Source: Eledone cirrhosa (Eukaryota). From it: 64,000 bases of DNA. The stretch spans positions 35,340,001 to 35,404,000 of the forward strand of contig OZ024753.1 in assembly GCA_964016885.1 (NCBI GenBank), in the 5' to 3' direction. Under the pieces are notes generated by a model that was not told the DNA's origin, did no database searches, and saw only the letters and a list, made by a program, of their open reading frames with translations. Shown piece by piece: positions 12,416 through 26,807 of the stretch (positions within the stretch are counted from its first letter, which is position 1; every line of letters begins with the position of its first letter). The translations under genes were made by a program, and so were the position numbers.

Positions 12416-14427
12416 CTTTTTAAAAAATGTTTTGCTGTTATCCTATCAAAAAATCCTATTGGCATTTTCTACTTTTTTTCTTATTTTCCTAATATATATA
12501 TGTGTGTGTGTGTGTGTGTGTACAACAAGCTTCTGTTTCTGGCCACCAAATTTCACTCAAGGCATTGGTCAACCCAAGGCTATTGTCATTTACCCAGCAC
12601 AGGGACTTGAACCTTGAACCACATGCTTACAAAGTGAACTCCTTAACTACACAGTCAAGCTGGCACATATTGTGTACAGACATTTTATTCTGTTTGATAT
12701 ACTAGACATTTTCTGCTTCAATTACTCCGTCTTTGTTATCGGCAGAATCGCTAGAGCGTAGAACAAAACGCCTTGTATTTATTCTCCATGCTCTCTCTGT
12801 TCTGAATTCAAATCCCACCAAGGTCAACTAAGGGCAGCAAAACTGGTGTTGGTCTAGTACTGGTGGTGGTGGTGTTGGTGGTGATGGTGATGGTAGAATA
12901 GTGATGTTGGTTGTGGAGTGTGGTGGTATTGGGGGTTGAGGGTGGTAGTTTTGATAGTGGTGGTGTTGGTAGTGGATGATGGTGATGTTGGTGTTGGTTG
13001 TGGGGTATAGGGGTATTAGGTTGGTGGTGGTGGTGGTGGTGGTGGGGATGATGATGAAGAGGAGGAGGATGCTAATTATTATGCTCCTAATACTTCTATC
13101 AACATCACAATGGCTGAAATAACAAATAGCCTCACCATTATCATCATCCTTACCATCCTTGTTACCATCAACTTCTCTATCACTATAGTCACCATCACCA
13201 CCAACTTCATCACCTCCACCACCACCTTCATCACCATCACCACAACCAATTTCATCACTACCACCACCACTCCTCCACCACCATCATCACAACCACCTTC
13301 ACTGCCACCAACACCGCTATCACCAAACCACCACTATACCACCACCGCCATCACCATCACACCACCACCAACAACAACAACAATAACAACATGACTATTG
13401 GACTGTTTTCAAAGAAATAAAGATGCTGATTTTCTATGCCCACACTCAAAAAATACTTTCACACACACAACACACTCACACACATACAACAGTCACACAC
13501 ACAACACACACAACACACACTCACACACACATTCATTCACTTGTCAAACAGCACACATGAAAAGCAAAAACTGTTAACATATACACAAACATAAAATAAT
13601 ATACACACATATTACATACATATACACACATACACATATATCATTACATATAGACACAAATAACATAAAATACATATATACACATATATAACATAACACA
13701 CATACATACATACATACATACATACACATATAATAATAATAATAATAATGAAATTATTGTGTACAGTGCTCAGGTGCACTACAACTCGTCAAAGGTGCAT
13801 GTATAGTACATAGAATAATTGTTTCTACTTTTGACACAAGACCAGCTATTACCCCAGTGTATTACTGGTACTTTATTATAACATATAACATACATACATA
13901 TATAACATAACATATACACATGCATCATTCACACATATACACATGCATCATTCACACATACATACACGTATATGATATAGCATACACACAACACTAAAAA
14001 AATGTCAATAAATACACATATATAAATACACATATATAAAATATAACACACATACATATAAAGCATTTAACATAACATACATACACACACATCATTCACA
14101 CATATATAACATATAACATACATACATATACATATATAACATATACATATATAACATACACACACATCATTCACACATATATAACATATAACATACATAC
14201 ATATACATACATACACATACATACATATACATATATAACATACATATATATATAACATATATTACATACATACATATACATATATAACATACATACATAT
14301 ACATATATAACATACACACACAACGGTATTATCAATACAAACCTATTTTAGATGGAATATAATGTGAAAAGAGAACTCCCACTGATTATACACCTACACA
14401 CATGCATACACATATATGTATACACAC

Positions 14428-14479
<52 letters not shown>

Positions 14480-14487
<8 letters not shown>

Positions 14488-15160
14488 CTACACACATACA
14501 TACATATACATATATATACACACACCTACATACATAAACAACTACACACATATACATCTACAAACAATTATCAACACACACACATATATATATATATATA
14601 CCTACATACATAAACATCTATACATACATCTATACATCTACATACATAAACATCTACACACACATATATACACCTACATACATAAACATCTATACACACA
14701 CATACATACACCTACATACATAAACATCTATACATACACATATACACCTACATACATAAACATCTATACATACACATATACACCTACATACATAAACATC
14801 TATACATACATATATACACCTACATACATAAATATCAACACATACATATATACACATACATACATATATACACATACATACATAAATATCAACACATACA
14901 TATATACACCTACATACATACACATAGATACACCTACATACATAAACATCTATACATACATATATACACCTACATACATAAACATCTACACATACATATA
15001 TACACCTACATACATAAATATCAACACACACATACATACACCTACATACATAAACATCTATACATACATATATACACTTACATACATAAATATCAACACA
15101 CACATATATGCACCTTCAGATATTAACATTTACACACACATAGACACCTACATACATAAA
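14480..15160. repeat. ~36-bp AC-rich minisatellite (TACACCTACATACATAAACATCTATACATACACATA)
   Basis: Direct reading of the sequence. Confidence 0.9.
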
Positions 15161-15551
15161 CAAACACACACATACCCATACACACAGACACACATTAACC
15201 ATAACTATACAACTCAAAATAAAATTTGCCCAATACACACACACACACACACACACACATGCTCATACACAGTGCACACAGACACACACACACACACATG
15301 CTCATACACAGTGCACACAGACACACACACAGAGACATAGCTGTGCACAGTGAAATATTCTTTCATTGTTTTACTGGTTTCAGCCATTCGACTGTGGCCA
15401 TGCTGGAGCAACCACTACATTACATCAATTGTACCACCATGTTGGTACATTCTTTTATTGATTGGAATGTATTTTATATATTTTATCGATCCCCCCCTGA
15501 ACGGTGAACAACAAAGTAGAATTGGAAGAATGGGAAGGATTTGGGAATGGA

Positions 15552-15613
<62 letters not shown>

Positions 15614-15661
15614 AGTCCCAGGTTTACATATATATATATATATTATATATATATATATATT

Positions 15662-15716
<55 letters not shown>

Positions 15717-16099
15717 TATGTGTGTGTATACATATATATATATATGTGTGTGTGTATATGTGTATATATATTTGTGCGTGTATACACACACACACACATG
15801 TATATAGGGTTAGGTTAGAGTTTAGGTTATGTTTATGTTGAGGGGTTAGGATTAAGGTTCCCCCTCCAAACCTAGCCCAACCCATACCAATATACAAAGA
15901 CTGATCCCCTACCATCTATCCCATGCAAACATAATGGGATGGACATGCTTCATCTTGTACCACAATAAAATATCCGGTTGGGTTTAGGAAAGACATCTGG
16001 CGGGGGTGGGACTAAACCAAAATAAGAAGGGAGAAGGTATGAACCAGATATGTACAGTGGTAGAGATAATGCCACAACAACAAAAATAACCCTCCAACA

Positions 16100-16927
16100 A
16101 AAAGGTGGTCGTATTGGTGCCATGACAAAAAGAACCCAGTCCACCCTGTAAGATGGTTGTTTTGGAGACATGGCAAAAAAGTACCCAGTCGACCTTATAG
16201 AATAGTTGCATTGGTGATTCAATAAAAATCATCCAGTCCACCCTGTAAGGTTACTGTATTGGTGACACGACAAAAAAGAACCCAGTCCACCTTGTAGAAT
16301 AGTTGCATTGGTGACACAACAAAAAGCATCCAGTCCTCCTTGTGAGGTGGTCATTCTGGTACCATGACAAAAAAGAACCCAGTCCACCTTGTAGAATAGT
16401 TGCATTGGTGACACGACAAAAAGCATCCAGTCCTCCTTGTGAGGTGGTCATTCTGGTACCATGACAAAAAAGAACCCAGTCCACCTTGTAGAATAGTTGC
16501 ATTGGTGATTCAATAAAAATCATCCAGTCCACCCTGTAAGGTTACTGTATTGGTGACACGACAAAAAAGAACCCAGTCCACCTTGTAGAATAGTTGCATT
16601 GGTGACACAACAAAAAGCATCCAGTCCTCCTTGTGAGGTGGTCATTCTGGTACCATGACAAAAAAGTACCAAGTCCACCCTGTTAGGTGGTCGCTCTAAT
16701 TCCACAATGAGAAACACTCAGTCACCCTATAATGAGGTAGTGGTGGTGCTACAAGAACAGCTCTCAGCACATGTAACTTGGCTGGCATAAGGAAGACATT
16801 GAAAACCAAACTGAAGACAGATCTGTATCACATGACATGGCTAGCCTCATATCATGACAACCTGTCCAACACAACACATGCAAGCACAGAAAATGGACGC
16901 TAAACAATGATGATGATGATGATGATG
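16100..16927 (+). repeat. SINE with internally expanded ~45-bp tandem repeat
   Basis: Units CCAGTCCACCTTGTA...AAAAAG(A/C)A resemble the SINE internal repeat; terminates in GGACGCTAAACAA(TGA)n. Confidence 0.7.
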
Positions 16928-16971
16928 TATGTGTTTGTGTGTGTATATATAATATAATATAATATAATATG

Positions 16972-17015
<44 letters not shown>

Positions 17016-18028
17016 GGGAGATGGAGAGAGAGAGAGAGAAATGTGTATGTATGTATTTATGTGTATACATGCATTCGAGTATGAATGTATATATATCTAT
17101 ATATATATATATGTATGGTATGGTGTATATATAAACACACACAGCACAGTACCAATATCTTTCACTGACACACACAGAAGGGCCCCATGGTAGTTTGTCA
17201 ACAAAAGAATAACTGTAACAGCAACAACAACAACAAAAACAAGTGAAGGACCCCTCAGTCCCTGACTTTGATGAGTCAGGTCTGAACTGTTAATCTATTC
17301 TGACCTCAGTTTCAAATAACCTTTCTACCTACTTACCTACTTCTCTACCCCCTACCTACTGACCCCCTACCTGCTAACTTACCAACATGTCTTCCTGCAC
17401 ATATATATGCATATTTATCAACCTGCTTACCCATATACCTACATACATACAACACCTCTATCACTGACCTGACTGTTTCTCCCCTCCTCCTCCTTCGTAT
17501 CTGATGAGAAATGCTATATATGCTTAGGGATTGATAAAAATATATATCCTATGATGGAATTTGTAACAAGGAACAAATAACCAGGGAATATAACATCTGA
17601 ATAAGAAAAATGTTTTTGGAACTCTGTGCACAATAAATCAATGGTCCATAATGTGTTTGCTGTCCCTGTACCAACTCAAACATTTGGACTACTTGACTGG
17701 ATGCTAAATGAGATCCAAGCTATTTATGTTAACACCTGAAAACTGGCACTGTAAATTTCCACATAAACAGTGACATTGACTGCCTCTACTTAAAATGTAA
17801 ACCAGGAGATAGAGGTTCAATTCTTTACACCAGCTATATCTGGCCAGAATTCTCTCACCTCTTTCTGTTCAAACTGGCTTCTCATACTTATTTATTTTGA
17901 GAACAATACCTTAAAATAACATCAAAATCTCGTAGATTTGATATTATGTAAGGTGATTATGTGAAATAAAGTGTTTACTATGAAAATACAATAGTAAATA
18001 TATAGTAATGTAAATCTTAAAGGGTTAA

Positions 18029-18523
18029 CTCCATTAGGCATCTACCATACTCTGAACGCCTTGCTTCCCTGGGCATGGATACATTGAAGCTCCAATGTCT
18101 GGCAACTGACTTGGTAAACACCCACAAAATTATTAACCATCTTGCCAACAACAACCCTGAGTACCTTTTTGATTTCCATGTGTCTAACACATGTGGGCAT
18201 GCCCACAAAGTCAGAAAACAGCACAGCTCTCTTGACTTTCGGAAACATCTTTTCATGCTCAGAGTTGCTGAAGCATGGAACAAACTACCTGCATCAGTTG
18301 TTAGCTGTCGAGGCACTGCATCCTTTAAAACCTCCATGCTTCCTGAGATTCGCCAACACTACACCTAATATTCCTCTTCCATACACACGCATATCATGAC
18401 TCATACACTATTCACTTCCCTGACATTTGTACATTATTCTATGTACTATACATGCACCTTTGATGAGTTGTAGTGCACCTGAGCACTATACACAATAATT
18501 TCATTATTATTATTATTATTATT
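18029..18523 (+). mobile_element. CR1/L2-group LINE 3' end (ORF2 C-terminus, 3'UTR, (ATT)n tail)
   Basis: LPYSERLASLGMDTL...DL..HKII...GHAHK......FRKHLF..RVAEAWNKLP..VV......FK; shorter copies at 20977-21174 (+) and 13730-13817 (-). Confidence 0.85.
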
Positions 18524-18524
18524 A

Positions 18525-19510
18525 ACATTGATCAAAACAGCTTTTGAATATCACATCATATTCTTTTGACAACATCTGCTAACTACCAAGCACAGAAACC
18601 CAACTATAAAACAAGTCCGTCTACACGAGGTAGATATCATGAGAGTTGGGAAGGATGCTTCTTGAGAAATATTCCATGAATGATGACGAAAAAACACACA
18701 CACACAGCCAGGAAATTACACAGCAATACTGCAACAAATCAGCAAATGAAAATGCTGTGTGTTTATCAGCCAAATGTCATGCATGACTGTGTTGTTAGAA
18801 AGCTTCAGAGTGGAAGTAGAGAGATAAACAAAGTAGTCTATCTTGAAATCACAATCAATATAATAGCTCTCGCTTTGAAGGATATGCTTTTGCTATCTGG
18901 GAACAGGAAATAACAAAATACCTGATGCACAAATGAGATAAAAGATGTTGGTAAAACACCTTGATGTGACAACTGATGCAGACTCAGTTGAATAAACATT
19001 GATGTCACTCACATCATAAACAACTGTTCAAAGATGTCATCTTGATACTATCTACCTATGAAGCATGATGTGGTGACCAAAACACTGTACAATGAAATTC
19101 CTAGAAAGGATAGTCCTAAAAATAAAATAATTATAAAAAGTTACAGCGATTGTTGAGGGTATCATCATCATCGTCGTTTAACGTCCATTTTCCACGCTAG
19201 CATGAGTTAGGCGGGTTGTATCAATAGAGACAAGTTGGGTCATGTGACCGTGACTAGCTCATGTTGGACTGTTTCTGGCTAGATGTCTACGGCTTGATAC
19301 CCTACCTAATGCCAATCACATTTACAGTGTGGGCTGGGTGCTTTTTGTTGTAACTCCTACATGACCACTTTACAGTGTGGGCTGGGTGCTTTTAATGCAT
19401 ACACAACATGAAAGAGTAGTGGTGGAATGTCCCAGTCAAAACCCCAATAAAATGCAAACACAACAGACTAGACATAGTGATATGGGGCAGAGAAAAGAAG
19501 GCATGCAGTC
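18525..19510 (+). mobile_element. Degenerate R4/Dong-type non-LTR retrotransposon (CCHC and REL region), interrupted by a SINE at ~19161-19393
   Basis: Manual translation across stops: FEGYAFAIWEQEI..CRL...THII..CSKMSS*YYLPMKHDVV...WWNVPVKT...KHNRLDIVIW. Confidence 0.75.
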
Positions 19511-20541
19511 TGGAATTAGCTGTTGAAACAGCAAGAGCTCGGCTGTCAAGCCCTGATTCTCTCTAATATATATATGTGCACACACACATGCATACACACA
19601 CACATATATATACATGGTGTCCAAAATAAATGTATACACACTTTGATTACCAGTACAGGCTATATTTATTAGAATGCTGTTGAAGTGTGTAAAACGTTTT
19701 GGGGGGGACACCCTATATATATATATATATATTAGTTATTGAGGAAAATAAAAAAGATATTTCCAGCAGCTCTGCTTCATTACATTGAGGTTGTAAATAA
19801 AAAGCAATTTCCTGATTATTTAATCAGTGTGAAATTTACTGTAGATATTGTTATATGGTACAACATAATAATGGTTTTCGATTTTAGGCTTAAGGCCAAA
19901 AATTTTGCTGGGAGAGGAAAGTCGATTAAATCGACCCCAGTACATTACTGATACTTTATTTTATCAACCATGTCAGGATGAAAAGCAAAGCTAATGTCCT
20001 CAGCAGGTGTTAAGATATCAGACAGAATGCTTTGCTATGTATGTTTTGGCTCTTTGTGTTTTGAGTTCAAAGTCTGCCACAGTCAATTTCACTATCCTTT
20101 TAAAATCAGTAAAAAAATAAAAGTTCCAGTCTAGTACTGGGGTTGATTCTTCCTTTATACCTCCTTCTCTGGAAGAAATCAACTGTTCAGACCTGAAGCG
20201 GAATGGGTACTGCCAGGTTTAAAAGGCTAAGACATGTTGTATCTCACTATGGTGCCTCTATGACTCCATCACTATGGTGCCTCGATGACTCCATCATGTT
20301 AGGATGGCAAATTGGCAAAATCATTAGAATGTGAGATAAAATGCTTTGCATTATGAGTTCAAATCCCACCAAGGTAAACTTTCCCTATTCATATTTTCGA
20401 GGTCAATAAAAGTTAAAATACAAAGGTGACAATTCAATCTTTATACCTCTTTCTCACTGTCTCTCTCCCTCTCACTCTTTCTCCTTCTATGGAATAAATT
20501 TGCTGTGTTCAAACCTAGAGAAGGGATGGCCTCTGCCAGGT

Positions 20542-20941
20542 TTAACCCTTTAGCATTCACATTAATCTCTATATACTATTATATTTTCATGGTGGATTGG
20601 CAGTATCGGTAGAGGGTCGGACGCCATGCTTTCCAGCATAGTTACGTCCCTTTACGATCTGAGTTCAAATCCCGCTGAGGTTGACTTTGCCTTTCATCCT
20701 TACGGTGGTCGATAAAATAAAGTACCAGTAATGCACTGGGTAATTGCTGGCCTTGTGCCTAAAGTAGAAACAATTATATTTTCATGGTAAATGCTTTATC
20801 TCACATAATATCAAATCTATGAGATTTTGAAAGTATTTATTTTGAGAACAATACCTTAAAATCAGTTTGAGCGACCAGTTACAGCCAGTTTCAACAGAAG
20901 AAGGTAGAGAATTCTGGCCGGTTTGAACATTAAAGAGTTAA
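20542..20941. mobile_element. TTAA MITE with nested full S1 SINE (20590-20775)
   Basis: TIRs with TTAA; an empty-site paralog TGCCAGGTTTAAAAGGC lies at ~20211; SINE TSD ATTATATTTTCATGGT. Confidence 0.8.
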
Positions 20942-21399
20942 AAGGCCCAAGATATGTTATATGTCACTATGCTGCTCCCTACCTGCATCAGTTGTTAGCT
21001 GTCGAGACACTGCATCCTTTAAGGCCTCCATGCTTCCCGAGATCCGCCAACACTACAGCTAACACATACAAACATGTACTTCCCTGACATTTGTGTATTA
21101 TTCTATGTACTGTATTGACGAGTTGTAGTGCACCTGAGCACTTTACACAATAATTTCATTATTATTATTATTATAACTCCATCGGGGGGTTACAGATCCA
21201 TACATACATTAAGAACAACATTGTTATTTCTCAAAGAAGATGAAGAAGAAAGCTGTTTAGATCTAAGTAGTCCAGTCTTTCTCTGTGTCTACCTCATGTT
21301 TATATGTATGTGTGGGAGTGTATTCTTAGTTTTACATATATGTGTACAGGTATGTATGCGTGTGTACAAGTATGGTAGTCTGTATGTGTGTATAATATA

Positions 21400-21432
<33 letters not shown>

Positions 21433-21568
21433 CACGTGAGGATGTATTACATATGTGTATGTGAGTCAATATACACAAGTATATGAGTGTGTGTATGTAT
21501 GTATATATTTATAAATACATATTGGAGTCTGTATGTGTATATATATATATATATATATATAATGTATG

Positions 21569-21601
<33 letters not shown>

Positions 21602-21630
21602 GTATATATATATATGTATGTATATATATA

Positions 21631-21830
21631 NNNNNNNNNNNNNNNNNNNNNNNNNNNNNNNNNNNNNNNNNNNNNNNNNNNNNNNNNNNNNNNNNNNNNN
21701 NNNNNNNNNNNNNNNNNNNNNNNNNNNNNNNNNNNNNNNNNNNNNNNNNNNNNNNNNNNNNNNNNNNNNNNNNNNNNNNNNNNNNNNNNNNNNNNNNNNN
21801 NNNNNNNNNNNNNNNNNNNNNNNNNNNNNN
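21631..21830. other. Assembly gap (200 N)
   Basis: Run of N. Confidence 1.
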
Positions 21831-22215
21831 TGAGTCAATCATATTGGTGGCCTCCCCACAGCCCCGGCGGAAAGTAATAGAGAAAGCGTTTCTCCTGAGG
21901 ACGGCAAGGGAGGCGCGCTGGAAGAGCCATTCCAGCTCGCGAGGTTCACACTTGCGGCTAGCCAGTTCAGCGCCTATGGTGGTAAGTAGGGTGGTAGCCC
22001 TAGGGCCGAGGACACCAGAAGTCTCCACTGCCAAGGGTACAACCGCAAACCTGTCGGAGAACGACCGGTATTTGAAGAGTTTGGCCTCCTCAGCCCGACC
22101 TGGTGCAGCAGAATCTGGGTTAGTCGCAGACTGCACCAGGTTGCGACTGGAGAAAGTGCGGTATCACAGTTCATTCTAGGCTGTCAGATGACGCCGGCGG
22201 CTAGAGCTCATCTGC
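21831..22215 (-). mobile_element. CRE-type non-LTR retrotransposon C-terminal (REL) fragment, internally deleted
   Basis: AEEAKLFKY..F.PLAVETSGVLG...LFQRASLAVLRRNAFSI; GC-rich; the upstream RH...NEL motif is fused with no PD motif between. Confidence 0.75.
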
Positions 22216-22609
22216 AAAATTGTTCGCCTTGAGACTAAGTCAGAAACCATTATAAACATAAATAAATACATACAAGAAAACTTGAATTTTGCTAATGTTT
22301 TTAATTTTTATTTTTTTAATTCAATACGATTTTTGGCTTTGAATCTTATCTGAAGTTACTTCAATGTCAGGGTCATGAGGTGTGACTTTTAATTTAATCC
22401 ATGATTGCAGATTTAATAGAATAAACAAAACATTTCAGAGTATCTAAGAGCCATAGAGATAGGCTAATGAACCACACGTTCCCGACCCCTGTTCTACATC
22501 AATCTGTAATCCACACCTCTCCCTGAGAGATTGTCGTAAATACTAAGATAGATAGCTTAGTCGAGTCCTCTGATAAACGAACGTAAAAATATTCCTGTAT
22601 TATCAAGTA

Positions 22610-23531
22610 CTAGCAGTGGTAGCCGGCGTTGCACGGGATAAGGTATTTTGGAACGCGTGCCGCCAACAAACCTAACCGTGGAAAAACTGCATGCCTGGAC
22701 AATATGTAAAGAAAATAAACCGAATACTCTGATGGCTGGATAATCTTTAAGATTTTCCTCGATGAAGCATGAAAAATGCAGGTTTTCACCTAATGCGGGC
22801 CCTAGGGGATCAAGAAAATGAATTTTTTTTATGTGCATAATATGCCTTTAAATTTCGGGACAATCGGCTAGACGTAACGCCTCCAAAAAGCCCTAAGAAG
22901 CTGAAAAAATGAAGTTTTTCACCTAATGCGGACCCTAGGCCATAAGAAAGTTGGATTTTCTTTGCTTACGGTATGAAGAAGAGACTGACTAATACATAGT
23001 TACAATTTCAAGGAAATCGGTCTGACGTAACACCTAAAAAAACCCTAAAAATCTTTAAAAACGCAGTTTTTCACCTAATGCGGTCCCTAGGAGATAAAAA
23101 AAAAGTTGAATTTTTTATGTGCATAACACTCCCTGAAACATAAGTAATACACATGTAAAGTTTTTAAAAAATCGGTTGGGTACTTCTCAAGTTTTAGGGA
23201 TTCAAACTCACAGACACACATACAGACATCCTCAGGGAAGTGACGTAATGCAGACAGTCAGACATACAGACAGATATTATAAGGGTGCGACGTTATATGT
23301 ATGTATCTATCTAAAAAGAGAAAGACTAAGAATTATAGAGCGAGATCGCTAAATCGCCTAATGCCGTCCCTAGGGCATTGAAAATTTGAAATTCTTTTTG
23401 CCCAGAACACTCCCTGAAACATAAGTATTACATGTGTAAAGTTTGAAAACAGTCGGTTGGGTGGTTCTCGAGTTTTAGGGATTCGAACTAACACACACAC
23501 AGACAGACATCTTCAGTTTTATATATATAGA
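22610..23531 (-). mobile_element. Non-autonomous Helitron
   Basis: Minus strand 5' TCTATATATATAAAA, 3' GC hairpin CCCGTGCAACGCCGG followed by CTAG, inserted A|T; internal subrepeats. Confidence 0.8.
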
Positions 23532-23967
23532 TTACTCTGCTTACTGAAGGCTGTTTATTTTCCTTGATATGTGTACTAAATGACTCACTTTTACACACAC
23601 ACACAGACACGCACACACACACACACAAACTGGCATTACTGGTACTTTATTTATCAACCACGTAAGGATGAAAGGAAAAAGCTAACCTCGGCAAGATTTG
23701 AGCTCAGAATGTGTAAGGGTCGTAACAATGTGCCACAAAGCATGACTGACGCTCTACAAATTATTTCCAATCCGCCACCCTCTTCTGTAATAGTAACAAT
23801 GGCTTCTGATTTAGGCACAAGGCCAACCATTTTTGTGGAGGGGAAAGTTGATTAAATCGACCCCAGTGCGTGACTGGTACTTTATTTTAACGACCACATA
23901 AGGATGAAAGACAAAAGCTAACCTAGACGGTAAATAACCGGAAAATTACAACCAACTCACTCTAAAT

Positions 23968-23998
<31 letters not shown>

Positions 23999-24206
23999 GC
24001 AACATTATTACATCATTAGTTCAAATCCCGCCGAGGTTAACTTTGCCTTTCATCCTTACGGGGTCGATAAAATAAAGTACCAGTAATGTACTGGGTAATT
24101 GCTGGCCTTGTGCCAATAATAGAAACAATTATTACATCATTAGTGAAAAGTTATTTTTATCACCCATTCACAGTATATTCTCCCCTAGATAGTTGAAGCG
24201 TTCATC

Positions 24207-24392
24207 CCTTTACACTATTGATCAACTCTCGTGTTACCTTTTACACTATTGATCAACTCTCGTGTTACCTTTTACACTATTGATCAACTCTCGTGTTACC
24301 TTTTACACTATTGATCAACTCTCGTGTTACCTTTTACACTATTGATCAACTCTCGTGTTACCTTTTACACTATTGATCAACATGTTACCTTT
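24207..24392. repeat. 31-bp tandem repeat (CCTTTTACACTATTGATCAACTCTCGTGTTA), ~5.7 copies
   Basis: Direct; units identical. Confidence 0.95.
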
Positions 24393-24503
24393 CAATAGTA
24401 AACTGTTGAACGGTTCAGTAGATTTATATTTCCTAAAAGAATAATACACACACACACCCACACACTTCTGTTCTTTTATTCTTTTACAGGTTTCAGCCAT
24501 TAG

Positions 24504-24605
<102 letters not shown>

Positions 24606-24693
24606 GTGTGTGTGTATACATATATATATATATATATATATAAATATATATATAGGTTTAAGTTATTCAGTAGTTTAGTGGTTTACTGGAGGT

Positions 24694-24749
<56 letters not shown>

Positions 24750-24750
<1 letters not shown>

Positions 24751-25135
24751 GTTATTCCGGGTTGAATCGGAGGTAACCACAGTAAGTAAGGTACTCAATA
24801 CATAGCAGAGTATAAAAGTTTTAATATAGATGAGATTCTACAGGACTAGAACTGTTTCATTCTTTAGAAATCATCAGGAATCTGGGTATCAAAAAATAAT
24901 TATGGTATATATAGGTCTCTACAAGTGGTAGGAGAGGGTGGGGAGTGGGATGGGTGTAGGTCATTGGTTGATAGAATTCATTAAAAGCTAATTCTATCAA
25001 CCAATGACCTACACCCATCCCACTCCCCACCCTCTCCTACCACTTGTAGAGACCTATATATACCATAATTATTTTTTGATACCCAGATTCCTGATGATTT
25101 CTAAAGAATAAAACAGTTCTAGTCCTGTAGAATCT

Positions 25136-25140
<5 letters not shown>
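24750..25140. mobile_element. PLE-like head-to-head palindromic insertion, family C
   Basis: 151-bp arms 24828-24978 and 24990-25140 with an 11-nt spacer, tail at 24750-24827, microsatellite flanks. Confidence 0.85.
24833..24883 (-). ncRNA. Type I hammerhead ribozyme, intact core
   Basis: AGAUUC-CUGAUGA-U-UUC(UAAA)GAA-U-GAAA-CAG(UUCUAGUC)CUG-UA-GAAUCU; the mirror copy 25085-25135 (+) has GAAA changed to AAAA. Confidence 0.85.
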
Positions 25141-25180
<40 letters not shown>

Positions 25181-25259
25181 TTAAACGGATCCACCTACGC
25201 ATCCTGTGCTCAAGTTGGTGAATCACCAGTAACTTAAGGTTACAATACAATTCATTAAG

Positions 25260-25309
<50 letters not shown>

Positions 25310-25376
25310 TTGAGGCATAAACATAAACAATGAACTGAAAAGACTGTTGAACCCTCATACGTCGAAGCGAAAGTCC

Positions 25377-25417
<41 letters not shown>

Positions 25418-26080
25418 CCCAAATTAACCATAACATGATTATATTTTTTAAATGGGTTTTTTTTCCTGTTTCCCTATTTTCCAATATGGCACATATCCCT
25501 TGCTTTGTTCATATTCGGGAATTAATATAATCCTCACACCCTCCAATCCCTCTCCACTGTTTACATGTTTCAAAATTAAACGAACTCTCTATTTCCTTAT
25601 TATACAATTGCCACCCACCCAGCCAGCCAGTGAAATAATCGTTTCATTGTACTCAGAACTAACTAGAATATCACCATCAGGTTTTCAACATGGCACCCCA
25701 TTCCAGGATGCGTCATCTCTCCAGTATTTCGTTAACAAACCAATGATGACCTTGTTGAAATATCCAGTGAAACAATCAATCAAAGGTTCTTTCTATCAAC
25801 GATTTTATTTACATATTTGTTGAATTATTTATTATTTTTATTATAATAATCGAATGGCCCCAGTATTTGAACAGTCGTTCAATCTTCTGAGAGCTGATTA
25901 AATATTTACTACAGCGGGGCGTGAGACGTGTGTATAGTGAGGCAGAATGTTCTCGATAAATGGAAAATGCAGAATGCAAATACCCCCCCCCCCCCCCCCC
26001 AAGTACTTATATAAAGCAACCCATCGCCCTCAAACCAGTAAAAAAATATTAATATATAACAGAGAATGTATATATATATA

Positions 26081-26132
<52 letters not shown>

Positions 26133-26140
<8 letters not shown>

Positions 26141-26552
26141 AGATCAAAAGATGGTTAAAAGAGTTCGATGCATTTTATTATGCGCATTTCAAAAACAAAT
26201 ATCATCATGAGATGACATTTGCGTTTTCGTCAGATAAAATAGGGAGACATGATATGAAGGTTAAAAAACACTTGTGAATAGTGCAGTTTTAAATCAACAT
26301 ATATGTTGATTTAAAACTGCACTATTCACAAGTGTTTTTTAACCTTCATATCATGTCTCCCTATTTTATCTGACGAAAACGCAAATGTCATCTCATGATG
26401 ATATTTGTTTTTGAAATGCGCATAATAAAATGCATCGAACTCTTTTAACCATCTTTTGATCTTATATTATTTATACTCCAGTCCTACAAACTGTAAAGTG
26501 CTACTTATCCGATATCTGCATTGCTTTATTGTACTACAATAAAACTCACCTC

Positions 26553-26556
<4 letters not shown>
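26133..26556. mobile_element. PLE-like 338-bp spacerless palindrome plus tail, family A
   Basis: Palindrome 26133-26470 centred on CATA|TATG; tail ends CTCACCTCCTAC; (TA)n/(CA)n flanks. Confidence 0.9.
26363..26431 (+). ncRNA. Minimal type I hammerhead ribozyme (mirror copy 26172-26240 on -)
   Basis: AUUUUAU-CUGACGA-~16-bp stem II-GAAA-U(GCGC)A-UA-AUAAAAU; palindromic AUGCGCAU stem III. Confidence 0.9.
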
Positions 26557-26632
<76 letters not shown>

Positions 26633-26760
26633 ATATTTATTTATGTTCATACATGGAACAAAAGCGTTACCTAAGGTTTCAAGGTCCAATATTGTTCCGT
26701 ATATGGACATAAATAATTAATATAATAGCAGTTTTCCTTTTTCACACCTACAGATATTAT

Positions 26761-26807
<47 letters not shown>

